DNA of 64,000 nt from Anolis carolinensis (lineage: Eukaryota): positions 231,896,107-231,960,106 of the forward strand of contig NC_085844.1 of the NCBI RefSeq assembly GCF_035594765.1. Reading direction: 5' to 3'. Below the pieces are notes generated by a model that was not told the DNA's origin, made no database searches, and saw only the letters and a list, made by a program, of their open reading frames with translations. The stretch's first letter is position 1, and each line of letters starts with the position of its first letter. Positions 49,838-63,500 of this stretch are shown here, piece after piece. The position numbers and the translations under genes were made by a program.

Positions 49838-51753
49838 CAAAACACAATTATTCTGGCCACATTGCATTAGGTACAGCTATATGAAATATAGAAAAAAATC
49901 ATATAGCACCTGCCTAAGGTGTTAACACAAAAAGTGTTTCACAGAAAAAAGAGTGGTAGCAACTCAGCATTACAGCAGTTGAATATACAAAGAATCAAAC
50001 CCAAACTTTTACAAAGTTAAGCACTCAAAATTTCTGGACCTGGATGAACAAATACATCAAATGTATAGGCAGAGAGTTCTTGTAGTATTTTTAAGGCTAA
50101 CTAAAAAAAAAAAAAAGATGATAGCATAAGCTTTTGGAAACTATGCATCTGAGGAAGTAGACTGAGGCTATGTCTGCATGACCAAAATAAAGTGGACTTA
50201 CTGCTCAGCTGCTGAGGAGTCCACATGTGCACAGCTGCATTTGCAGTAGAACCTCTGCATCCAATCATTAATTTGTTTCAGTGGGCAACAGGATTTATTC
50301 TGGAGCTTCCAGGAAACTCTGATATGAGCCTGTAGTTTCAGTGGAATGATAGGGGGATTGGACCGGATCCAACCTGATCACCATCCATACTATCAGTGGA
50401 CCCATTGTTGTGTCAGTGCCAGCAAGCTACTCCCTCACACAGGCTAGAGACACTGTATTTCTAGTTGAAATGGTTTTTGGTGCCAAGCCATGTAACCAGA
50501 AATACAACATTGCCAGCAGGCCACTTGGAAGAAACTGCTTGGTGGTGACAATGCAACTGCATTGGAGGAAAAAATGTGCAAATTTTGATAAATTGGTCAA
50601 ATTCATATTAAAAAACCAAAGTGAAATAAAATCCTCACCGATTCCTGTCTTGGGCTACTTTGCACTTTACAAGGCTGTTTGTGGCCTTACTCTGTACCTT
50701 CTGTTTCAAGGCAGCTGAATGTGAATAGGATCCAAACTACGGCTTATCCAGATGTTTTCAATATGTCTGGAGAACTCTCAGATAAGTAGAACTGCAATGT
50801 TACTTCCTTCTTCGGGCCGCTTCACACAAGATGATTTCATTTAGGGTTATCACTTCCAGGTGGATAAGTCATGTGTAAACTGTGAGTATACCAGAACTAG
50901 CAACAGATAAGGCAACACACATGCAATTTTACATATATGCAGAGGAAATACCATGTGTATGCATGTTCTTGCCCCATGGACACATGTGTGCTTCATGAGT
51001 TCATTCACCCCCTTTGGAATTAATAGATGATGGTTGAGTTTGACCCTGGTTCCCCCTCTCAGCCCTCCTTCCCAACTGTATTTCCATGCTGCTTTTCCAC
51101 TCTGAGGAGTTTTCTTTCAGTACACAACTGAACATAAGCAGCTACAGCCTCCATCTGCCTATCACTGCCAAACACCTGGGTGAAACAGAGAAAAAGGAAA
51201 TAAAAGGAAACTTCACACAGTTTGTTCCAGAGGCAACCCAACACCTCCTGGGTGCCTTTCTGACGGTGAGAACTTGTCAGCAATCTATTTTCAAAAGTGT
51301 GGGAAAAGAGAGAACTTTATCATGTACCATCCTCCAATTGTGTACGTGTGACAGACGGAGTGAAAGCAGAAAGAATCCAATAAGAGACTGATTTGATATT
51401 TTTTTTTAGGAAAAAGAAAAAAGTGAAGATAGAAATGCAATGGGGTTTGGTCCCAGGATCCACATGGATACCAAAATCCATGGATGCTGAAGTCCTGCTA
51501 TGTTCCTACCGTGGTGTAGGAAAATGGCATGTTTTTAAGTCCTTGGATAAGGAGGGCTTGCTGTCTTTTAACTGAGGTGTTATATAATTGAATGACATGG
51601 CAAGGCTTGTCTTTGGTTAGGATTACCAAAAGCCCTCCTTAAGGGTGCGCACTCTAAACATGCTCCAAAGTCCCAAAGCACATTGGCTTTTCTGTGGTCC
51701 CTTGTCCTAAAGCTTGCACAAAAGTCATGCATGCCATAGGAAAGCCACTATCC

Positions 51754-51914
51754 TAGACATGGGCAAACTTGGGCCCTCCAGGTGTTTTGGACTTCAACTC
51801 CCACCATTCCTAACAGCCTCAGGCTCCTTAAGTGGCAGAGGGAGAAAAGAAGGGCCTGAGCTTGTTAGGAATGGTGGGAGTTGAAGTCCAAAACACCTGG
51901 AGGGAATGCCCAGG
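51754..51914. mobile_element. Palindromic hAT-type MITE next to the promoter
   Basis: ccctccaggtgttttggacttcaactcccaccattcctaaca ... tgttaggaatggtgggagttgaagtccaaaacacctggaggg form perfect ~40-bp inverted arms. Confidence 0.75.
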
Positions 51915-52059
51915 TTTGAACTACATCTTTTTCTCCAGTGAGCAGAGCCAGAAGTTGGGAAGGGAGAGGAAGGAGTCGGTCAAGGCGTGTGTCTTGGAGG
52001 AAGGGCTGGGAAAGAGGCCACCCTGGGACAGGAGGCATCTCCGCAGGGCTTGCTAGGAA

Positions 52060-53412
52060 CAAGGGGGGTCCCGTTTTCCTCCACAAACCCTCGCTTTCCC
52101 CCTGCCCCCTTGGAAGTGCCGGTGATCTATCTGCAAAGCCCCTGTCTCTTTAATAAACTGACTGCCTTCTGTCGGGCTCGGAGTAAATTTCATCCTGTCA
52201 TCAGGTCGCGGAGGAGGAGTTTGTTAATGTACAGTTTGCTCAGTGGATCGATGTTTGCTGGCATCGCCTCGCCCTGCCTGTGTGTGTGTCAGTGTGTGTC
52301 TCTCTCCCTTTCCGTGTGTGTGTGCGCGTGTGCGCGCGTGTGTTCGTCGGGGCACGGGCGCGCGCGGGGATGGCGAGTGTGCAGGCGAGTGTGAAGGCGC
52401 GTCCCCGCCCGCGTGCGCGCACGTGGATGTGAGTGTGTGCGGAACACCCCCCCCCCCGCACCCCGCACCCTCCTCCCATCCCAAGCTTGTCTGTCCTCTT
52501 CCCCTATCACTCACAACCTGGCATCTGACAGCAACAAACCTGCAGTTTTCTCAGCAAACACTCACCCATCCGCCATAAGAGAGCGACGCGCAAAGAGGCG
52601 GCGAGAGGAGGAGGAGGAGGAGGAGGAGGGGGGTGCTGGCAAAGAACAGGAAAAAGAGAGAGAGAAAGAAAGAGGAAGGGGGTGAGAGGCAGGGGGCAAA
52701 GCAAGATCCACCACCACCCCCGACACACACCCCAAACAAAACTCTCTCTTCTTGATTGATCCACTTCCAAGAACATTCTATTTCCCCGCTTTCTCTCCCC
52801 GAGTCCTGGATGTTTGTCTCCAAAAGCAAGTCTTGCAACAGTTCCAAGCAAACCAGAGAGACCCCCCTCTCCTCCTCAAGGGAACAAGGCAGCCCCCCTC
52901 CCGAGCATAAGATCTCTCTCTGAGGGAGGAAAGGGGGATCTCGAGGATCCGCGAACAGGTTGATCTCGTCCTCGCGAAGTGCCAAAGGAGGCGAGAAGGA
53001 GACGCTGCTGAGAGAAGGGAAAGGAAAGGAAAGGGGGGCAAAAGCAGCGGAGCGGAGGGAAGATCGGGCAAGGAAGGAAGAAGGAAGGAGGGAAGGGGGG
53101 GACCCTCCACAGCCACATCCACGCGCGACGAGGGAAAGCCGGAGAGCGAGGAGCAAGCCCCGCCAGCTTCGAGCGAAGAGGAGTCCGGCTGGGGAAAGTA
53201 CCGCGATGCCAAGGAGGAAACAGCAGGCACCCAAACGGGCAGCAGGTAAGGCAAGCCTCCCAGGCGCCGGGCTTGGCACAGCCTCCCCGTCTCCTTCTCG
53301 CCCAGCACGCCTGGATCTTCAAGTCCTCCCCTTCTTTTTCCGGGATGATGATTTGGACCGCAGCTTGAATTTGGAGCTCTCCCCGCCTTCCTTCCCTCCA
53401 TCCCTCTCTCTG

Positions 53413-53450
<38 letters not shown>

Positions 53451-53610
53451 GCTTACGCACCTGGAGCAACGTCGGATCCATCTCTTTGCAACCGAAATTC
53501 GGGGCTGGCTCCGCTGCCCTTTGGCGCCTGCCCGGGTTCTTCTCTCTCTCTCCCCCCCCCCCCCCCCCACTCCCTCTCTCTTTTTCTGGGTGGCTGTTTT
53601 CGAAACAAGA
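52060..53610 (+). promoter_or_regulatory. CpG island promoter and 5' UTR of TSHZ2
   Basis: Abrupt rise in GC and CpG against an AT-rich, CpG-depleted background. GC box CCCCGCCC (52403-52410), CACGTG (52420-52425), (TG)n/(CG)n tracts and a GA-rich leader ahead of the ATG. Confidence 0.85.
53206..53245 (+). CDS. TSHZ2: Teashirt homolog first coding exon (40 nt, phase-1 donor); the rest of the gene lies beyond the window
   Basis: ATG CCA AGG AGG AAA CAG CAG GCA CCC AAA CGG GCA GCA G|GTAAG = MPRRKQQAPKRAA(G). This is the TSHZ N-terminus; from recall, KRAAG fits TSHZ2, whereas TSHZ1 has RRSAA and TSHZ3 has RRAAA. Purine (G) at -3; consensus CAG|GTAAG donor at 53246; lies inside a CpG island. Confidence 0.92.
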
Positions 53611-56600
53611 GGGGTGTGATTCGTTGCCTGGTCTTGTTGTGGCTCCTTCTTAAACTTTTTCCCCCCCAACTTTCTTCCGCTTGGTTTCTCACCTCTCTCC
53701 CCTCCTCTTGCCCCCCCCCCCCCCATCTTCCTTGGTGTTGATAACACTGCATCCTGAGCACAGAGGGACGAGGAGCTATTTTATTCTGTTTCGCAATGCA
53801 TTGCATTGTGGATTTTTTAAAAAGCAAAGCAAGACTATTTTTTAAATATATATAAAAAAGGAAGATTGCGTTTTCTTAAGCCTGGTTTGTCTAGCGCTTG
53901 TGTGTGTCTCTGTTTGTGATAAAACAGACTCCGAGGAGGAGAGGGGGAAGTGACTGGCTTGTCTCTGTTGATCAACCCTTTGGTTGAAGTTCAAACCTTT
54001 GATCATTCCTGGAAATGTAAAGTGGTTGGCGGGGGGGGGGGGGGGTTGAGGGAGAACACAACAGGAAATAAACGGAGCCTTTTGACGGTTTGGGAGACAG
54101 CCCCTTAGATCCCCATCAAGTCCATCTTTTCAGCTTCCTCTCTTGCATGTTATGATTCAAGTTTATAGACACCCCCCCCCCCCCTCCCGCCTTTAAAGGC
54201 CGTGCAAGGGTCAAAGGCAACCATAGGGCTGCCTTTGGAAGGAGCTGAAGCAGTCTGAAACTTTCCAAGGGAAATGTTCCTTTACTTTTGGGTTTCTGGA
54301 GAATCAAAGGGTGAGGAAGTGGGTATTAAAAAAAAGTTTAGCGGTGGAAGGAAATGGACAGATAGTTTGTAGACTCAATCTGTTTCAAAGTAGGTTGAGC
54401 TTATCTTTCTATACATGTGCATGTATGTGTTTTTATATACGGTTGTTTAATTGCTTTAAAAGAGCAAGAAAAATAGTTTGCTCTGATTTTCTTTCTGGGC
54501 AGTGCAGCATGAAAGTTCATTTTTCTGTCACCAGACCCACCCACTGGAAAAAAAAATCAGGTTTCCAGTTGATTGCCAGCTTTGATTTGACATTTGATTG
54601 ATCACCTGTCATCTTGCTGCCTTTGATCTATTCATTCTTGATATATATCAATAAATCACTCACTATGGTAACCTGAGTGCTTGTGACGCAAGCCTTGCCC
54701 TCTAGAATCTCTTAGCCAGACATGCACAATTATTATCTTGTTTGGCTTTAATGTGGGTGGGATTTTTTACTACTTCTTTTTCCTTTGTGTTCAGTTAGAT
54801 TTAGAGCTGTGTAGTAAAGGTAAGCAGTTAAAAAATACAAACAAAACAAAACCTATCTCAAAATCCTTCACTTAGGGAAAATCAGATACTATTTTACATT
54901 TCCATGTAATACTTTAAAATGTGGGAACATTTCAACATAAACATCTGAAATAATCTTCTACAGGATACTTTAGATACTTTCCAGACGTAGAAATCAATTT
55001 GGAAGAGGAAGACAAACTTTTACAAACTCAACCCACTTCTATATTTTTACTTTTCTTTTAAAAAAATATGCTTAACGTGTTTACTTTGATTCATAGAACA
55101 GTGAGACACGTGCATTCTCACACTTATTTCAGAAAACAAGCATCAAACAAAATGATTGCAATCTGAAGATTATTTGGTGTGGTTTCTTAGATTTGCCTCA
55201 GCAACATCAATGAATATAAGTAAGAGTCACCGTAGTTTTAGGATGGTCGTTCTACTGTTTTGACAGACAACTTAGAGGTGCAAGCTTTTACATTATCACC
55301 ACATAGATAGGATCTGGATTTGCTTTTGTGTGTGTGTGTGACTTTTTCCTAGAAATATAAGATAGTTTAGATTCTAAAAGTGAAACAATTTGAAAAAGCC
55401 TTTTAACTTCTGAATACCCCATTTAATCATTAAGATTCTAACAACCCAAGAAATTATTTCTACTGCAAGTATAGAGGACGGATATTCTCCCAGCTCTTGG
55501 GTCTTCAAAGTATAGATATCATTTCCACGAATGTGTGTGTTTTCCTATTGCTTAATTTGCTTTCTTTTGAAACTGTGCTAGGATTTGGGAAAAGGGAGTA
55601 TGAAGGAAAAGAAAGGTGCAAAGTACAATATAGGAAATAACAATATTGTGAAATAAACAGCTCATATTTGGTCGCATCCTTCTAGTTAGTTAGCAGTCTT
55701 AGTCCTCATCTAATGTGCCACTCCCTTGATCATCATTTTGATGCAATTTTTGGAAAGGTTTCCAAAAAGACAACTAAGTAGCAGTTTGAAGGACTTGCCT
55801 GTATTCCAATCAGTAATTTTTATGTCAAAAGTATTGTATAGTTCACTTTCAAGAGCCTTCCTTTTATAATTTTCTTTGGTTTCTATTCCATATAATCTCA
55901 GATTGTGAGTTATCTTATTCTGTGACAAAAGTTCAGATTTATCCAGTATATTAAGCCCACCTACCCACCACAAACAACTTTATACTCCCCCTGTACAATT
56001 TCTGCTTTGGGTTTATGTGTTTTGTCTGTAAGACTAAGCATTGTAGTAAGTTTACTTTCATTTTCCTAGCTCTAGCTTAACATTTCTGTCCTATTAAAGC
56101 CATTTATCTACTGCCTTTCCACTCACCCGGGCCCGAAGTGACATTAAATATGTAAAATGTTTTAAAAGATTAAGTAAAGATATTTTAGAAACTCCTCTTC
56201 AAAATACTTTTAAAATATTAGATAAACACAGTTTAAATAACTCCCTTAAGGACCTTAAGGAGAATGAGGAAGGGGTGGACAAAATAATTGTTTCCACAAA
56301 GGTTTAGCATGCATCCTAGCTCCCCTTTCTCTATATGCAAGATATTTTTTTAAAAAAGAATGCAAGAAGCTACATATATATAATGGTCTAGTCAAGGTCA
56401 GTTCAGTTATAGTTTTGGCCCCACTTTCTCAGAAAAGTTTACAACTTTCTTAGGCTGTTAGCCTCCAAAGGTAGAAGAATGGCAAATGCTATCATTCTGG
56501 AAGTAGCTGGCTTGTTCTTTGCCTGAAATTAAATACTGTGCCCAACTGTAAATAATTATGTCCAAGCATTGACTTCGAAAGCAGGTTTCTCATTTGATTA

Positions 56601-57537
56601 ATGAACGACGTAAAGGTTAGAGAGAACAAGCAAGTGAATCAGCAGGGTTGTCCAGCTGCTTGATGAAAATCTACCTACATGGTGAATTTCCCCTTCCCCA
56701 TTATTAATTTTTAAGCCATGAGATTCTTTATCATGTGTTAAGGAATGTGATAATGAAACCTGGTGGTGCAAGTAGGTACGTGGGTGTGTGTATGGATATT
56801 TAGGTTTGATGATCGCACATTTTGTCCTTAACTCATTAAAAAAAAATCGTACTCTCTGAGTCAGGAAAACAGCGATGTCAAACACATATGTTCCCCTTGA
56901 CTCATTTTTCATCAGCATTGTTCTTCTTTTTTCACTATTGTCTGCATAATTCTTGGAGCAGATGTTTGAATATTTTTAGGTTAGTGCCTGACATTACATC
57001 ATACATTTATTTGTAATGATATATTACATGTGCATTGTTATCTTCCATCCCCAAAGAGCCCAAGGTGCTTTGCAGACTGTCGGTCCGAATCCCTTCTTCT
57101 CCCATGACTCTGAGACAGGAGGGATTCTCTTGTAGCCAATGGGATTACATTGTGGTGAGAAAGATGAGCATCAGGCCGACCATGTTTTGCTGAATTATAT
57201 AAAAATAAATGCAGCTGTCTCTGGGGAGCAGCCATTGCATGACCCAACACAATTGAGGGGAAAGGAAAAGCTAGGACTAAGGCTGAATTGATATGTTAAT
57301 TCCATTTTTATTTCTCTATATCAGAAATAGCTTTCAAACCCAATTCCACAGGATTAAGCTCTCCTCTCCTCCTACAGCTTGTTGAGATGTGCATATTTTA
57401 TTTTGCAAATCATGAATTTGCTGCTCATTGCTAGTGAATATAATTCTGGACTTAATGCTTTTCTTTTTTCTGTCCCTCTTTAGTTCTCCTTCCTCTCTCT
57501 CTGTTGGGTCTGTTTAAGAAGCAAAAACTCCAAGTAC

Positions 57538-57599
<62 letters not shown>

Positions 57600-60500
57600 A
57601 CACAACCAGGTGTGTTCACTTTGTTTACTGGAGCTAGAAATGAATAATGCAGATTTTGTTTTCATGAAAGTCCTTGTGTGGCAATAAACATAAGGCTATT
57701 AGCAATCATTACTTAAAAGTTGCAATTTGCACATTAATTGTACCACTTATTAAAATTGTGAACAATCCATTCAGACAAGGCAATCTGCGTTCTTTTGGGC
57801 AAACTTGACAAACACTTTGGCCTGATGTGTGATGTTGGGGAGAGAGGCATAAGAAAATAATGATGAAGGATCTTGCTTTTATGTTAACTCTTTTCCCTAC
57901 TATTAGGAAGATAATAAAACTGGGTTCCGGACAAGATAGGTCCTGCATGATACAATAAAACTTTGCAAGATTTTTCTCTTATCCTGTCAGGAAAGGAGGT
58001 CCACCTCAAAAACATCCAAGTGTTTCTCGCATCGGAATACTATTTCCCTATATCACTGCATGGGCAGATGACATGAAACCCAAACTGTGCACCAAGCTGA
58101 AAGACTTTGGACTTCTCAGATGAGTAACATGTCTCTCAGCAGTCTTATCCTTCTATTTGATAACATACGGATTGTGTTTTGCGATAAACCCAATGTCTCA
58201 ATTTCTTTCTGATATGCAAGTGATGGCTGGCATGAGTTATAGGGAGCCACTTGTATATCAGAAGTGTGTGAGGTGCGCAGCCAGCACTTTTACCACAGCA
58301 ATTTTGATCTAAGTCCCCCAAATACTTGTTTCCAAGGATCATAAGACATAACGTGTGTACAGAGAGGTTTTGATGCACTACGGGCAAAGCATGACTTGAA
58401 GGATACTGACCTTTTATCAACTTCATTTGGACTACCAGAAAGAAGCTCCCTCCTTTCTTGGACTTCAGTCCACAGAAGGAAATTTAATTTCTGGTCACAA
58501 CAAGTGGTTGATATCAGTTAGATTGTGAGAGTGAGAATCGAAACCTGGGTCTTTCAGATAGATGTGGTAGCATACACATCCTGCTTTATCCACAGCAGGG
58601 CCTGCCCTGCCATTCAGCAGTGTCAGTGAGTGCCCTTTTGTTTCTGGTGACCCCCCCCCCCCACAGTGGAAGGGACACATGAATCACGTAGCATGACTGA
58701 GCCTACTAAAGAGGTGCTTCCTCAGGTGTGGAAGTAGACAATGTTGTATAATTATGAGTCCAGGAGGACTCTGTAGTTCAAACGGGGAGAGGATGCCATT
58801 TTAGCTTTTGCCTCAGACAGCAAAATGACTTGCTCTAATTCTGTGTAGGGCCACTTTTTCATCTTCCCTTCTCTGAACGTATACTTCTGTGCCTTTTCAA
58901 ATGTTCATGTGCTATAAATAATATGTGTTCCCTTCTTCCTTTTGAATCAATCACAGTGTTTTTCTTGCATGATTTTTTTTAAAGTGGCTTCTGGAGAAGG
59001 ACATTCACTCAGCCTCCTAAAGTTGGACTAGGCAAAAAAAAATACTAGATCCTAGCCTGCTTTTGACTTTGTGTGGCCTTCCATTGCAAAGCTCAGTAAG
59101 AATGGCAGTATGATCAGGGTGATTTTCTTTGGTTGTCTCAATACAGAGTATTAATTTTGCTTCTCCCTGAACAGTAAAGGCTGGTGGTTCTATTCTCAGC
59201 AGGACAGGAAAAATATTGTTGGTTTTAGAAATAAGAGAAAACAAAAAAGTACAGACTTCCAATAAAAAAGAGATAAAATTATCTGCTGGACCTTATCTCT
59301 AATTTGCTCTGTGGACAGATTCATCAAGGTATAGCCCCTAACTGCCAGCATGTCTAAAACTAGTCTTATTTGGTTTCATAGCTCTCTCCAACTCCCATTA
59401 AGAGTAAACATTTAGTTCATGAGTTGATGTTTTGAGGATTTATATCTTTTTGTTGCATTTCAAGAAATTGCTAATACACACATACACACACACACATTCA
59501 AATCAATGTTTGAGTGGAATGGATGGACAGATCCCGATATTTATAATTAGAAAGATTTGTACATTTCCCCAGAAATCTGTCCAGATTTGTTAAAATGTCC
59601 TTCTCAGGGGCTGCCATTGCTTTGTATTTAACTTCAGGTGCAATCTGGTACAATCCAAAAGACCTTTTTCTAATTTTCCTTGCTCCTGTAAATTTGTACA
59701 AGTCTATCCTTCCCTGAATTTGATATAATTATTTTTTTTCCATTTGTGGGTTACTTAACCTGAGCAGACGAAGAACTCATGTTGTTTAAACACCTCTGAA
59801 AAACAATTTGCATTAAGCTTTTGTTCAGAATTTAATAAACCAAGTGTTAATTTTCGGAGGAATCAGATCCAATTTTCAGGTGACATATTAGTAGGGAAAT
59901 GTGACTGTGTGTATATTACCAGAACAAAATAAAAGAAAACCTCTTCAATTAGAGTCTTTCAGATTGTATTGCAGACAGGGGGAGATGTGTGGGTGGCACA
60001 TTACACTACACTCCTTTTCAGAAGGTCTGACTATGAAAATAGCCCTTTGTTAGTTTTATTAAGGCATCTCTCTTCTTGAAATTAAAGACATTTGTAAAGT
60101 TTTTACTTCCAGGACATGCTCCCACAAGCAGCAGGATGGTTTGAGGATCCTGACATTTGAGCCAGCTGGAAGCACATTGGGGGAAGTTTTATTTTTTGTT
60201 CTTTGACAAATTGTAATGATAGATTTATTTTTATTATTTTTTAAAGTGTGTCAGAGAGTTTGTTGATTTGTGTGTCCAGTCTAGCTGACCTTTGTCTCAT
60301 GGAATGCATTCCATTCAGGGTTTACTGTTGATTTATATAAGAGTGCTGCCTTGCCTTCATTGCGAGACCTGGCATTGTGAGGAATATAGGATTAGACCTT
60401 TAATCTAAAAAAATAAAAGAAGATTGTTGAGAGTTTTGGCATGAAATATACTTTGCCTTTAGCCTTCCTGTCGAGCTTCCTTTGTAGAATCCTTGGAGAG

Positions 60501-63500
60501 GTCTGGTTCTCTTTACGGTCCTATAGCTGTGTTTCCAGATCAATGATATTATTACTATTGGGTTTCACGTCAATTAGAAATGCTACTGTGACTGCCCCCC
60601 CCCACAATATTTTTAATGTCCGTAGAAATAGGAAAAATAAATTTGTAGTGTGTCTTTCTTCCTGCGTGGTAATGGGACAAAAGGCAGTGCAGCTTTTAGA
60701 AGGTCCAATAAAAGGGCAGCTGTGTGTGGGATTTGTAACACCAGCTTTCTAGGAAGAGGGATCTAAATATTGCAAACCTCTGATTCCTGTCTTTCCTTCC
60801 CTCTGGCTATGCAAAGTGCAGTTTAGGTTCTGAAATTTAAAAACACTATTTCCTCTTTTATACTGTTGACCTGTGATGTAAGGCACTTGGTATTTTCAAT
60901 GATTTTAGGTCTTTTTCAAACAGTTGCTTAACACAGTCTTGTGCAAGCTAGAAATACCTTCATGTTGGGGGGAAAAAAACCAAAATTAGGGAATGGTGTC
61001 TTTGCCAGATTTCTTGAGGAAATGGGTCACAGACAAAATCTAATGTTCCCCTGTTGGGTTTCCTTTGGTAAGTACTGTAGATCGTTACACATTTTTTCTT
61101 CAAAGGATAGACTTTTGTAAAAAAAATAAAAAATAAAAAAGCTAGAAAAATAATGCTGGGAGGTAAAAGTGGTTTTAAAGGATTAGATTAAAAGAATAAA
61201 GAGGATCTTTTTTATCCAACCCCTCAAAAACATAATAAACTCAAGGAGAGAAAAATGCCTTTTAATTATATATGATCTGCTGTTGTACTATTTAATATTA
61301 TTCAATAAACATGGTGAGCTAAAATGAATTTCTTTAAGGAGGGCCTACATATTTGTCCCCATTGCTCAGGTCCAGCTATTCTTATCATGAGCATTCCTAC
61401 ACATATCCAAGGCTTATAGGCAACTACGGCACTAACAATGTAACTCATGTAAAGCTTTAGTCTTTGGATTTTGACAAATGAAAATTAATACACAAATGAA
61501 TCAGCTCAGGACAACTTCAGATTGTTCTTTTCTTAAAGAACAAAGCAACAGTTCATTCTTCAGAGAGAGAGAAAAGATTAAGTCTTGACATAGTAAAGTC
61601 TTAGCATGCTTGTACTTGTGGTTTAAATGGTTGAAAAAGCAGTAAGCGAGTTCTTTCATTGAGGTTGCTTTGCGTCTTTTGCCATATGCAGATATTCCCT
61701 TCTAATTCATTCCATCACCCATTTTCAGGAGCTGTTTCAAAGTTCATTGGGTGAATTTTTTGAAACTACTGAACAGAAGCTATTCAGTTCAAACATATTA
61801 AATAGTCAAGAGCTGTAGTTGAATGCTTACGCACGAGTAAGGTATAGTAGAAGTGTACCTTCGCCCCCCCTCCTAGCCCTTTGTGATGATAAGCATAATG
61901 TTGTTCAACTTTATTGGGTAGGAAAAATATTCTAAGGAAAAAGTTGAAGCATTAATGCTGCATTTTTATTGTATTAATGGAAATGAGATGCCGTCTTTTC
62001 TCTTTCATCTCTGTATATTGTATCTATTATTTCTCTATCTTGCTCTTTGCTTGGTAAGTGCCTATATTCTCTCCTTGCATTCAGCATAAAAGTGCTATCA
62101 TCTAATGATACCCTACCTCATTAAAGTTGTTCATGATGCAAAAGGGACTGTGATAGGCGCCGTCTTCTACCATAAATGGTTATGGAAAAGCAGAGCCACT
62201 GAACGTGTGGAAATAGCATGATCCATCTCGAATAACCGTTAAAATTGGGCATGGCGGAAAACAACAACGGTGCACCACCAGAAACTTTTTACTGGGAAAA
62301 AAACAGGCCCATAGCCCCAGGTGGCAAATATGAGAAGCAATAAGGTTTTTAAGAAGCTTTTGGTTCTTCCTGTATCACTCTCAAAAGACTAATTTAATTG
62401 AAAAACCTGTTGTGCCTAGCTTTGTGTATGTAGAAAAGAAAAGGCCCAATTTTCCTCCAGGATTTGTATACTGGCTTACAAAAATAGTTATTTTTAAAAA
62501 TAATTTCTCAGTTCTTGTCCCTTCCCCAATGCACTCTTAAATATCCAGCATATGATGCAGCTGAGCTTAACTTGTAAAGAAATTTTCTTGTATATTGCTA
62601 CAAGAAAATGCTATTAGATATTCCCTAAGCGTCACTCCTACTTACAGTATTTGGCCTCTTTTTTATAAGATTCCTGTACAGTTTGCCTTGGAAAGGAAAC
62701 ATCATGCTGTTTGTAATTTTAATGAAAATAATTATATCCGTCAAAATCCACTGTGTGATTTCGGGCTCTTAGTATAAATGTGTTTAGAAAGGAAAAAAGG
62801 AACAAACACTCTGGATTGAATCAAAGGCATTTGAATGTAGAGGTTAATAGCTTGTGTGTATATCTCTGGTCTTTCTTTCCCCTTTTCATACCATTTAGAT
62901 GGAAAACTTCTTCTATTCAATAAGAAAACAAAAAAATGGGGTATAGAATGAGGTAGTGAATGAGGAACACTTCATACCATATTGTTCAATAGGGCATATT
63001 TGTGATTTTATCGTTACAGAGATGATAATTTCATTTCATTGCAGAATGTGAGTTAGTATGGAACCTGTTAAAGGAGTTCAATCTAGAGTATGAAAGAGAA
63101 TAGCCAATAGAGATGTGAGGCATTTTTGGACATTCAGAATAGGGAATTGGGAGGAGGATATACATTTTGCAAGTAAAATAACAAAGGTAAATAATTTCAC
63201 CAGAAAAAGAACAGTATTTTTATCAATAAAATCAATTCGTTGAAAAGAATGAAGCAACCTACAAATGCATCTCTCAGCGCTTGTGGTTTCACCATTGCCA
63301 AGGGTTTAACATCGTTATATACTTTTCTAAGCAGGTGAGATAGATATGTGACTTTATTTTGTCTTCAAAGATGACCAAATTAATAGTGTAGACTCAGAAA
63401 AATAAATCCCAATGAGTTCAAAAAGCCTTACTACAGGGTTAGCAGGTGTAGGAAAACAGCTAAAAACACTGAAATATTTAACCCAATTAACCATGTAATG

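Noticed and set aside
52960-53619. 219-aa ORF as a complete protein
   Set aside because: Only MPRRKQQAPKRAA is recognisable; after the GTAAG donor the frame runs through intronic (CT)n repeat.
52551-53827. Several 120-240 aa antisense ORFs
   Set aside because: Low-complexity, stop-poor CpG-island and microsatellite sequence with no domain signature.
56385-56412. Retinoic acid response element
   Set aside because: AGGTCA is present, but the neighbouring half-sites overlap and do not form a canonical DR1, DR2 or DR5.
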